Positions 45,677 to 56,845 of a DNA stretch of 64,000 nt are shown here, one piece after another. Under the pieces are notes generated by a model that was not told the DNA's origin, did no database searches, and was given only the letters and a program-made list of their open reading frames with translations. This DNA is from Lepidodermella squamata. Lineage: Eukaryota; Animalia; Gastrotricha. A program made the position numbers and the translations under genes. The stretch spans positions 1,240,001-1,304,000 of the forward strand of contig JBLDXI010000046.1 in assembly GCA_047495785.1 (NCBI GenBank), written 5' to 3'. Numbering within the stretch: the stretch's first letter is position 1; every line of letters starts with the position of its first letter.

Positions 45677-48600
45677 TTAAAGAATTTCAAGATCGACATA
45701 TCGCACTTCGGGGAATTTCTTCTTCAGATTCACCTCGACGCGGTCAATTTCCGCGCCAATCAGGTCAACAATCGCCTCGCCGTGCTTCAACATAAACGCC
45801 TCGAGGCCGTGTTTAGTCTTCGCAGCTAGTTGCATCTCGAGCAGTAAAATGTCCAGGTCTAACCTGTCGAGGTAGACCCGCGTAACCGCCCGGCCGTCCA
45901 CGTCAACTTCAGCCTTAAAACGCACCCGATGCCCGCCCATTTCCGTCGCTTTGATGTCATGAGCCGCTCGAATTATGCGGTCCATCTCCAATTCGCGGCG
46001 AATGATATCGCGACGCTGGCTTGGAATCGACTTGCCGACTAGAATTATCGCGTTTGTATACACGATGAACGACGCAACGCCGGCTAGCATTGTGCCGATG
46101 ACTAACGACCCGATCGCGTCTGGAATGTGCGAGTTGAGGAAATGGGACAGACCTAGGCAGGTGACTGCTACCCCCACCCCGCTAACCGCTACGATATCTT
46201 CGGCTAGAATGACGTTAACAGACGGGTCGTAGCCTCGGAGTACGTACTCTTTGAAGGTCAATTTCGCCTCTAGAGCTTGGGCTTTGATCTCGCGAATGCC
46301 GCTCCTGAGACTCACGCTTTCAGACGCGAGAGAAACCGCCATAATTCCGAGGGCTAGGTCGAGCGATTCCAACGGCTCGGGGTGGGTCAGGGCTTGGAAG
46401 CCGTGCATCCACGACAAACAGGCGCCGACGAAAAAAATGCCGACTCCGCTGACTAGCGAACTGACGTAGGAGAAGTTGTACCAGCCGTACGGGTGCAACT
46501 GGTCCGCGTTGCGTTTCGACTGGTAGATGCCGAACGCTAGCATAGCTTGGTTGAGTGTGTCGGCTATTGAATGAACGACCTCGGCGAAAATTGCCGATGA
46601 ACCGGTGAAAGCGTAAGCGACTAGCTTGATTGCAACGTTGAAAATGTCGACTGTTATCGCAAGCCAAACAACCCGGCCGGAGCCTTGAAGGCGTTCGCGC
46701 TAAAATTAGAAAAAAATATGAAATCCTTTACTAAAATACTTTGCAAGCAGAATAGTTAACAATTTCAACACGAAATGTGCTCATCCGAAATCTCTCCGGC
46801 ATTCAAACGTAAGCTTTTCAACCCAATTTTTCTTACTTTTCAAATTTCGAAATGCCTCCTGCCGTTCCTTTACTCAGAATTGTTCTCAATTAGTTTATTT
46901 TCTTTATTTTCTTATTTTTCCAAGATTTTTTCAAGACATAAACGCCTGTTTCAACGAACAGCCGAAAGCCCGCCACCGCCCACACGAAGGCGTCCTGCTA
47001 CATCATGCCTTGTTAGGGAGGAAACTTGACTTCGATTTTATCATCGTCAGTTCATCTCGTGCAATGTGGACCTTGAAAATGACACATTCTTCGAATTTGA
47101 TCTCAATTCATTATCAGGAATGCGGGGGTTTGGAATTTATTAAAGAATTCCAAGGACGTACGCATCCGCTCCTCATAGGCAAGACCGGACATGTCTTGGC
47201 AGCCCAGTTGAGTATTATGACTTACTACCTCGCGTTTGTAATGCCGAATGATTTTGATCAATAAGTCTACACCGTTGTTCGCTCCCTTCCGCCATTGATC
47301 CCACAGGAAGTCTGGCGCCCGTTGAGAAGAAGGCACTCGAGCGGGGCCTTACAATTATTAATTTTTCTAAAAACGAAAAACTTGGCTCATTAAAATCTGT
47401 TTCAGACCCCCTGATTCTGGTTCCGATTCTGATCCAGATTGTCAGTTTGATGCTAACGATGATGATCACGTTTTCGATTCACCTGCTGTTGGTCGCACAT
47501 GATGAAGCCTCGACATCGAAAACCGTTCACGAAACGCCCACGCTCTAAGCTGGTCTGAAGTTGAGGTTGTACCGGAAACTCCGCCCATAACATGCCATAG
47601 CCGAAAATCTCTCTTTACCCGCACCGCCCAATTAATCATCGGCTACCGCCGAATCAACAACAGTCAATTTATCCGATGCAACGAGAAATGAGCTGACCAC
47701 CCAAGTGATCGACATCCTCAAATCCAACATTATCTATATATCAGATATTTTTGATAGCAGAACGCCCATCCGCTACACCTAAACGGCGCTGAAAGTGTTG
47801 CCATGTGCTGAATGCCCCCACCTTAACCTTTAGATCTAGTCGCGCTCGTATAAGTAATAGCACGTGTCGCCTTTCAGTGTTATGTAACTAAATTACTTCG
47901 GCGGGGATATCAATCCTTCACGGACTTTCTCGGATATTTGCGCCGACGTTTATGACATCGACAAGTTCTATTATTTGGCCGACGCCAACTTGACTGAAAT
48001 TGTTAATTTCGACACCCGATTTGATGCGACCCTCGACCACGTTCTTAACATGATGGATAAATATTCGAAACGTGGTTTCAAAGGCTTGGATAACTCTCAA
48101 AAAGGAACAGTTCTCAAATGAGTCTACACCGTTGTCTACTCATTCCGCAATTATTTGACCACAAGGAGTATGATAATTGTTTTCTTTAACAATATAGTCA
48201 TATCTTCTTTTGTAGTGCAATCATCGGATTTGCAGCAGTAGCTGCGGTGATGTTCCTCGTTTTGATTTTATTCACCTTGTTAATTAAGAAAACGTTCAAA
48301 AGGTGAGCTAATGTCCAACCTGCCGAGCTAAGTCCGAGCTATGTGGAGGAGGGCGCTGGCAGTTCGATCCAATACGTTGCCAACAACGAACAGGTCACTT
48401 TTGATCGCCCTGGAGTAAAGATGGATTGAGATTTTCGCAATGAGATGTTGCACGTTTTTGCAACATACTCTTTCTACCAAGTGCATATACATTCTTCCTA
48501 GGAATATTGCTAATTTTTTTTCCAATATAAGGTTTCTACTATAATTCCTACTTCTGCTCAAATTCTACTGAATAACTTTGTTTGATTTTAGATTGTATCT

Positions 48601-50562
48601 TTGATGTAGGAACTTTTCAATTGAAAGTTGTTGGAATGATCTGTCTTATTGAAATCTGGCTGCTGATGTTAGCTCAGGACGTTATCCCCGCCGGTAAAAC
48701 GAGTCCTCTTGAAGTTGACCAATTACGAATCATTTCTGGAAGAAAATTCAAAGAAATGCTCCTAACGAGAAAGCAACAATGTTGCAAAGAATGGATTTCT
48801 AATTCTGACGCGAAATGCAAAAGTGATGCTCAGTTTGGCTCTCGTAGGACAGATTTGTTTCAACTATGATATTTTTAGAGCTTGTTGCTTGAAGAAACCA
48901 CCTTTCTTCTGACTATTGGGCTGGTGGCGATACCCCGGATACTCTCACAGTCGTCATGTCACAATGGTTGAAGGGTAAGGAGGCGTCGGCGCTTCCAGCA
49001 GCTCCTCCCGTTGAGATCAACAGTTGCCCTGGGCGCCGCCGTCGAAAGCTGACCAAGGAATGACGAATGATAAGAATAAACCTACTGTGATTATACTGTG
49101 ATTAGTGATTACTATATTTGATTCTATACTCTCCTTCGCATGACCTCTTATACTTATATCGGTCGTTGTATATCGGTGGTCTCTTGGTCGGTGGCGCGTC
49201 TCTTATTATCTCTATCCATCGGCTTTCACTCGATTTTCTTGACGCAATATTCGACTATCGTCTGAATGACAATCTGACAATCTAACGTTGTATATTGTTC
49301 GAGAAGAAGGGTTACCAGAAGTGTAACAAGAGATGGAAATTGGTCCAAGGCGTTCCGAATGGAGAAGGCGTACTCAACAAGTCAGAATGTCAGCAGCATC
49401 ACCTCTTACAAAAAGGCAAAGTCAGCGTTGAGCTCCTAACTATCTACAATCCGGCGGCCTTAAAGGTGATCAAGAAGGAGACGGCTAGGAACTCGACTAC
49501 TATTTGCTATTTGAGCCTGAAAATCTTGACCTAAACTGTTTTGTTCTCTAAAAATGTAATCGAATTAATGACGCGTGCTAATTTACGCCGATGTAGACAA
49601 TAAATCTGATGTTTCTTTTACATATGTTGGTGATTCTAGGGCTCCATCACCACGGGATTTCAAACATAATTTTTTGAAGGTCGTCAGAATTTTTCTTAAT
49701 TTTCCTGTGGTTTCTGCCAATTTTGTTCCGGGAGATCACACTCAACAAGTCAGATCGACTTATTAGGTTTACTAGATAAAAAACGACTCATTTAAGACCC
49801 AGCTCAAAATATATTAAAATTCTGGATGCGAGCGTAAATGGTATAAAAAATGAACCGAAAATTCCACCTTAAATTTACCTGAGCTTTGTCACTGTCAGTA
49901 AGAGCGTATTCGTCGAAGGCGGTTAATCGCGCTCGACGAGGCATTTTCTTCGCGTGAGCCGCCGCTGCATCAGTCCCAGGTATCACATCCCAGGTGCCGG
50001 CAAGTTTTCGCCGCGTTTTCTCCTCCTCAATTTTCAAGAGGCTGCCCCAAATTTGAACAGCTCTAAAAACGTCCAAAAAGATATAACACGTGAAATTTGG
50101 CGAAATTTCAGGCGACGAACCTTGCCTCCACATCGGCCCGGAGATAGACGGTTATGTCAGGGCTAGCGTCGAACGGGCTGCGGCGTTTTGTTTTCCACAG
50201 GTTGGTCAAATCACTAGAAAATGCCGCAAAACAACAAATGCACTCGTTGAGGTCAGCATTCACTGATAAGATAAGAACGTGATACACACCTCGGCGCAAC
50301 TAGGTATTCTTTGAAAGCTCTGTCTGGCGTGATAAAAGCGTTCGGCATGTACCGCCTGTCTGAAGAGTAGCTCAACGCCGGTTGCTGACATTTTATGCTA
50401 AATTTTCCTGTGAAATTTTAGCGTAATTTACAAAAAATTATCAAAAATGTCCATCCTACCTTCAAGGCTAAAATGAGGCGGTGAATATGGCAACTTGTGG
50501 ATGAGCCGGCGTAGTGATGAAAGACGGCCGGTTTTGAAGAGCAAACAGCTCACAGTTGTCAT
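45677..50562 (-). CDS. SLC30A9: SLC30A9/ZnT9 paralog a; exons 50562-50460, 50407-50290, 50213-50121, 50062-49879, 46699-45677
   Basis: Phase-compatible exons; NAFITPDRAFKEYL, KRRSPF, IWGS, GSGRVV, FAEVVHSIADTLNQ, HPYG, VDLEIL; R/S/L-rich N-terminus. Confidence 0.88.
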
Positions 50563-51080
50563 TACACGAAAAACCCTAGCCGTGCAACACGCACGGCCTA
50601 AATAAAGCCAGAAAATGTGTTAGTCGCTTTTTTAGATTTATTCTCAACTTTCACTTTTTCCGTTAATTTTAATAATAAATTGATAAAAGCACATCAGCCG
50701 CATCTGATAAGATTTATATATTCTATATATATTTATCATCGATGAACAAAAAATGAAACAATATTTAGTCTGGCCGCGAAGCGTGTCAGGTGTGACGAAT
50801 AAAATTGAAATACGTGATTGTTAGTTCTGGTGTTGTGAATCGAAAAGTTGTTTCTTTCTCCAAATTATTTTTATCAAAGACACGAGAGAGAAGAAGAAGA
50901 GATAGCCACAACTGCGCCCTGGTTTGTTTGAGAATTAGCCGGCCGATTTCGAATCGTCTCTGCATAGCAAGTGTGTGAGGAAATTGATTTTTTTCTCGAC
51001 AAAAAAATCTATATAGCCATAGAAAAATAATCGCTAACAAGTCGATGGTTATACATTCATGTAACAAGTAGAGCGTGATC

Positions 51081-51943
51081 TCAACAAGAACACGACGACG
51101 ATGAGTTGGCCGAGTTGGAGCTGCCGCCGTTGTCGCGAGTCAACCGAATGCCGTTCGATTTCGGGAATGCCGACCAGCCGTCGCCGGCCGTGCCCGGTGC
51201 AGCTTCGAGCTGGATCCACCGGTCAATGCCAGCCTTGAACGCCTCCTCAACGTTCTCGGCCGTTTTTGCGCTCGTTTCGAAGTAAGGAATGCCGCCGTTG
51301 GCCGAGCACCACGCCGCTGCATCCTCGCTGGAGATAGCGCGCTCTTCAGGCGGCAGGTCGCACTTGTTGCCGAGCACGACAAATGGGAATAGGTCGGGGT
51401 TCTGGAGATCCGTGTAGGCGGCGAACTCGGCGCGCCACACCGCCAAGTTTTTGAAAGATTCGAGTTTATTGAGCGCAAATACTAAAAAACATATCTCCGT
51501 TCCGCGGTAAAACGGCGTTCTTAACGTTCGAAACCGCTCTTGACCCGCAGTATCCCTAGAAAAAATGAGATTAAAAAAAAACTAATATATCATGAAATAG
51601 AAAAATCCACCATAATTTTTCGATTTTGCCATTTTTTCAAATTTTTTATTTTTCCCTATATTTTCTCTGTAATTTGAATTATCAAGAGCAATTTTATTAA
51701 TTTTCAAATTAAAAGGTCGACAAATTCAAATTTACCAAGAAATTGCCACATTTTTCATAATTTTCCAAGATTTTTAAATCATTTTAAAATTAATTAAATT
51801 TTCTGAATTTTTCTACTTGTTGGAAATATTTTGATTTACCATATTTGCAGCGTGTAGACGTGTTTATCGCGCCTGATTTCCTTGTTCAAAAACTCGACGC
51901 CGATCGTGTGCGTTCGCTGGTCGTCGAATTCGTCGCTGATAAA
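51081..51943 (-). CDS. RAB9: Rab9-like GTPase (exons ~51943-51840 and 51555-51081); 5' part with the P-loop is missing in this sequence
   Basis: [54 protein letters not shown], C-terminal CSC. No GDGGVGKS upstream. Confidence 0.85.
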
Positions 51944-51962
51944 CCACACATCTCGTGAGAGT

Positions 51963-52535
51963 TGCCTGATGTCTTCAATTCGTCCGATGACTTCGATTCT
52001 TGGTTCAATACGAACAGTATGTTAGGTGACACGTCGCTGGTAACGCGTCTCCACGAGGTTCTCCGGCCGTTTTTGTTGCGTCGTCTCAAGAATGACGTCG
52101 AAAAGTCGTTGCCGCCGAAAAAGGAGGTCAAACTCTACGTCGGCCTGTCGAAGTTGCAACGCGAGTTGTACACGAAAATTCTGCTAAAGGACATTGACGT
52201 TATCAACGGCGCGGGTAAAACCGAGAAAATGCGTCTCATGAACATTTTGATGCAGCTGCGAAAGTGCGCGAACCACCCGTATTTGTTCGACGGCGTTGAA
52301 CCCGGTCCGCCGTACACGACTGATATGCATTTGATTGAAAATTCTGGCAAAATGGTCGTGCTAGACCGGTTGTTGCCGAAATTGCAGGCGCAGGGCTCTC
52401 GCGTGCTCATTTTCTCGCAAATGACTCGAATGTTGGACATTTTGGAGGACTACTGCCTGTGGCGTGGGTATGGCTATTGCCGCCTCGATGGTAACACTGC
52501 GCATGAAGAGCGGCAGAAGTCGATTTTGGAGTACA
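51963..52535 (+). repeat. 573-bp inverted duplicate of ISWI coding segment 53974-54546
   Basis: The translation matches the ISWI ATPase segment [10 protein letters not shown]...KSILEY exactly, in the opposite orientation. Confidence 0.95.
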
Positions 52536-55500
52536 CCAGCCGCGTGAGATTCGTCAAATTCAGCGTTTTCCTTTTCAATCAACGAAATCAACGTGTTGCA
52601 GCGACGTTGCAGCTCAGACGCGAGGCGACTTTTGATGAACCAATCGAAGCGAAATTGCGGGGCCTGGCGAATAGCGGCGCGCAGTTCGTCGTACACATCC
52701 TCTCTATCGAAGCCCAACTTGTGCAGCATAACCACAAGGAAACGATCTTCATCCTCCGTGAAATTCTTGCCCTTATTCTGGCCGTACGGAATTTTCAACT
52801 GCTGCAACGGCGTTTGGTAACGAGCCATTTTCGCCTCGAGCGCCTGCCGGACGGCGATGCGACGTTGAATTCGCTGCTCGCCCTTTTCAATCTGCGCCAT
52901 AATTCGCTCGTGGTCTTGCAGTTCGTTGTAACGCTCCCAGAAAACAGCGGCATAGGCGCGGACCTCCTCGGGCGTTTTGCCTTCAACCTCCTTACAGATC
53001 GAATCAATGTCATCGCGGCCGAATTTTTCGTGCGCTTTCACGAACTGCGAAAAATCACGACGGCTCCAGTTGGCGAAGCCTTGTTTCAGCAGTTCCTCTT
53101 TCTCGGCCGTTTCTTCATCGGTCATCGCCTCAGCCGAGTCGATTTTCGCCTGTTCGTCCTTACGTTCCTGCTCCAATTTCGCCGGGTCATCACCCTCGAC
53201 CGGTTCCGGCTTCGGCACCTTGTAGCCAATAGATTTTCGGAACCAGTAGATCTCCTTCTCGAGAAGCTCGAACAAACGAGGCGGGTAGAACTGGAAATCT
53301 TGAACGTTCGGCTGCTTCGGGGGCCGCGGGGCTCGAGGCGCTTTCGGCTCAGACCCGACCCTCAGCGCCTCCCTAAAATACGCATCGACATTGAGATTCG
53401 ACCGACGTTCACGCTTCGGCGGTTCGACGAAGAACAAATTCGGATTACGATTTTGCTTCTCTTTCCAATTTTCGCCCTCAAAATTGTAGACGGTATCGAG
53501 GCTGAAATTACGCAGCGACGATTCACCCATCGACTCGATGCGCTTCTTCATCTCAGCCGTCCTCTCCTCGGATTTCATGATAATCGCGTCGATATCTTCG
53601 TCGGAAATCGTCGAATCTTTAGCGGCGAAAATGCTCTGGGCGCCGTGGCGAATCATCGCCAACATTTCGTCCTTATGCAAGCGGTTCGCCGCATCGACTA
53701 GCCGGCCCTGTTGGATGACGACGTTGTCAAGTCGCAGCTTCAAATCAGCCCGTTCAACGATTCGCTCTTCAACAGTCTGGTCTGTGATCATTCGAATGAC
53801 GCGCACCTCCTTCTTCTGGCCGATACGATGCGCTCGGTCCATGGCCTGCAAATCGACCTGAGGGTTCCAGTCCGAGTCGTACAGAATGACGATATCTGCC
53901 GTTGCCAAGTTGATACCGAGACCGCCGGCACGGGTTGACAGCAAAAACACGAATTTACTAGAATCAGGCGCGTTGTACTCCAAAATCGACTTCTGCCGCT
54001 CTTCATGCGCAGTGTTACCATCGAGGCGGCAATAGCCATACCCACGCCACAGGCAGTAGTCCTCCAAAATGTCCAACATTCGAGTCATTTGCGAGAAAAT
54101 GAGCACGCGAGAGCCCTGCGCCTGCAATTTCGGCAACAACCGGTCTAGCACGACCATTTTGCCAGAATTTTCAATCAAATGCATATCAGTCGTGTACGGC
54201 GGACCGGGTTCAACGCCGTCGAACAAATACGGGTGGTTCGCGCACTTTCGCAGCTGCATCAAAATGTTCATGAGACGCATTTTCTCGGTTTTACCCGCGC
54301 CGTTGATAACGTCAATGTCCTTTAGCAGAATTTTCGTGTACAACTCGCGTTGCAACTTCGACAGGCCGACGTAGAGTTTGACCTCCTTTTTCGGCGGCAA
54401 CGACTTTTCGACGTCATTCTTGAGACGACGCAACAAAAACGGCCGGAGAACCTCGTGGAGACGCGTTACCAGCGACGTGTCACCTAACATACTGTTCGTA
54501 TTGAACCAAGAATCGAAGTCATCGGACGAATTGAAGACATCAGGCAGTAAAAAGTTGAGTAGGGCCCACAATTCGTGGAGATTGTTCTGCAGCGGCGTGC
54601 CGGTGATCAAAAGCCGATGGGCCGATCGGAATTCGCGGACAATTTCCGACAGCTTACTCTTCTCGTTTTTGATACGATGCGCCTCGTCGATGACCAAATA
54701 CCGCCAGTTGAATTTCTTCAGGGCTGTTTTTTCGAGGATAACCATTTCGTAGGAAGTGACGCAAACGTTCCACTCCCCGCCGAGTAGGACATCTCGGACG
54801 AAATCGGCACGTTCCTCTTTATTTGCCAGTAAAGAAATGGCTTTCATCGACGGGCACCACCTCGTGAATTCATTCATCCAGTTGGAAATTGTCGATTTTG
54901 GGGCGATGACCAAATGAGGCCCTGGTGCGTTTTTGTAGTGTTTCATATAGCCGAGTAGCGAGATGGTTTGCAGGGTTTTGCCGAGACCCATTTCGTCGGC
55001 TAGAATGCCGTTGATACCATTATGGCACAGTTGAATCATCCAGTTCAAACCGCGAATTTGGTAATCACGTAACAAACCGCCAGTAATGTCTGAAAAATCA
55101 AAAAAATTGTAAAACTCAATATCATGACTATTCATTCATTTTTTACATGGTGGAGATTCCTGGAAAACCATCGCTGTTCCGCCTTTTTTCGCTTCTTCAA
55201 TAAGTTCTTCGTCTTCCTCTTGTTCGGTTCGCACGTGACGATTGCTAAAAAAGAAAAAAAGCGGTAAAATATCAATATCAAAATTCTGAAAATTCAATAA
55301 ATCCCCCTTAATAACTCCAATAAAATTTTAAACAGAGATATACTACTGCCCGCCGGTGCGAATCATTGTTAACTGAAAACTATAAAAATCGAATTATAAA
55401 TCGAATATATAAATAAATCCATCATCCCACTAATCCTCCTTAAAATGGATAAAATAATATAATTCTCACTCCATGCGTTTGGGCAGTGTGTCTCATGATA

Positions 55501-56430
55501 TCCAAAACCGTTTTTTGAGTTAACAAATTTTGAAAATTAAACCTACGAAGAGCATTTCCACAATTTCTCTCAATAAATTCGAAATTTACCGGAGTGTAAA
55601 TGAAAAATTCGACAGCAACTGGTTTGGTAATTATCGAATTTTACCCGGCTTGGCCAATTTGTTAATACTGTTTTAAAAATGTTACATTTCATGACCATTT
55701 CGATTAAATTTGAATTTTTTCTTGCTCTTTTTGAGGGGACCTGTGACTTTATTTTGGAATTCTAATATTTTTTTATGAATATGGGACACTGTACAAGGCT
55801 CGAAAGTCTCCTCAAATTTGAAATAAATTCAACATAATTTCAAAAGAAAACTCACTCTCTGGCACCCATGAGCTTGTCGCGCTCATTGAGGTTTTTGCGA
55901 GGCTTGCCGCGTCTGCCTTTGCCGGTGGCTTCAGCCGCATCAGCCTCACCTTTGACTTCGCCAGCACTCGCGCCGGTCGCCATGAAATGCGTGAAAAGCT
56001 CGGTTTGCTTCAACAAAAACTCAAACCGCGAAGACCGGTTCTTGTCGAGATCAGCTTCGAATTCAGCTTGATCAGCAGTGATTTCCTTCGACGGCTGAAG
56101 CTTTGTCGGTGACTGCTTGCCGGTGGGCGACGTCGACTCCGCCAGGGTTTTCGCGACCAACGGCGACCGCAGGATCATTTTTGTCGGGTTAAGCTTATCC
56201 GAGTCGTCCTCGTCGTCTTCTTCCGCCTCGGACGACGAGCTTTCGTCAGTGTCCTTTTCGCCCTTGTTCGCCTTGTAATCGACGTCGTTGGTGTCGGTCT
56301 CGTTATCTTCGATGTTATCGCCCAACCGGCTATCAGAACCCTCCTCACTTTTCACACTAGCGCTCTTCGTCGCAGCACTCCCCTCGTCCTCGACTTCTTT
56401 CATCTCAACATCTTTTGAGTCATCAGACAT
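52361..56430 (-). CDS. ISWI: ISWI chromatin-remodelling ATPase (SMARCA1/5 family); exons 56430-55856, 55244-55147, 55089-~52536; native C-terminus replaced by read-through into the inverted duplicate
   Basis: [61 protein letters not shown], and HAND-SANT-SLIDE motifs ([16 protein letters not shown]). Confidence 0.95.
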
Positions 56431-56845
56431 TTTGTTTCACAGTATAAAAAACAACCTACAAAAAAATAACACATTTTTTTAAAAGATCTTCGTTTTTTTT
56501 CTCTTCAAAAGGATGCACACAAAATTTGTACAAAGTCGTGATAACCATAATAACAATAATAATTATAACAAATAATTGAAACAAGTGAATGCATAGAAAC
56601 AAAAATACCGGGTCGAGTTATTGCAATTCGAAGTTAGTCTTTGGATCAATCAGCAAGCCGAAAAACTTTACACAGAAATAATATTTAATCAAGCAGCATA
56701 AGCAGTAGAAAAGTTGTGCGAGAAAGATGAAGGAAGGTTACACAATTAAGGTGGATTTTTTAAATTAAAAACACCACCTCACTTGGTCGTTTAGCATTCA
56801 AGTTGTTAATAAAAGCACCTGTGCCTAAAATTTTGATAAAAAATT

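Noticed and set aside
51962-53701. 579-aa plus-strand ORF
   Set aside because: It is a chimera of the inverted ISWI duplicate and the antisense frame of ISWI, not an independent gene.
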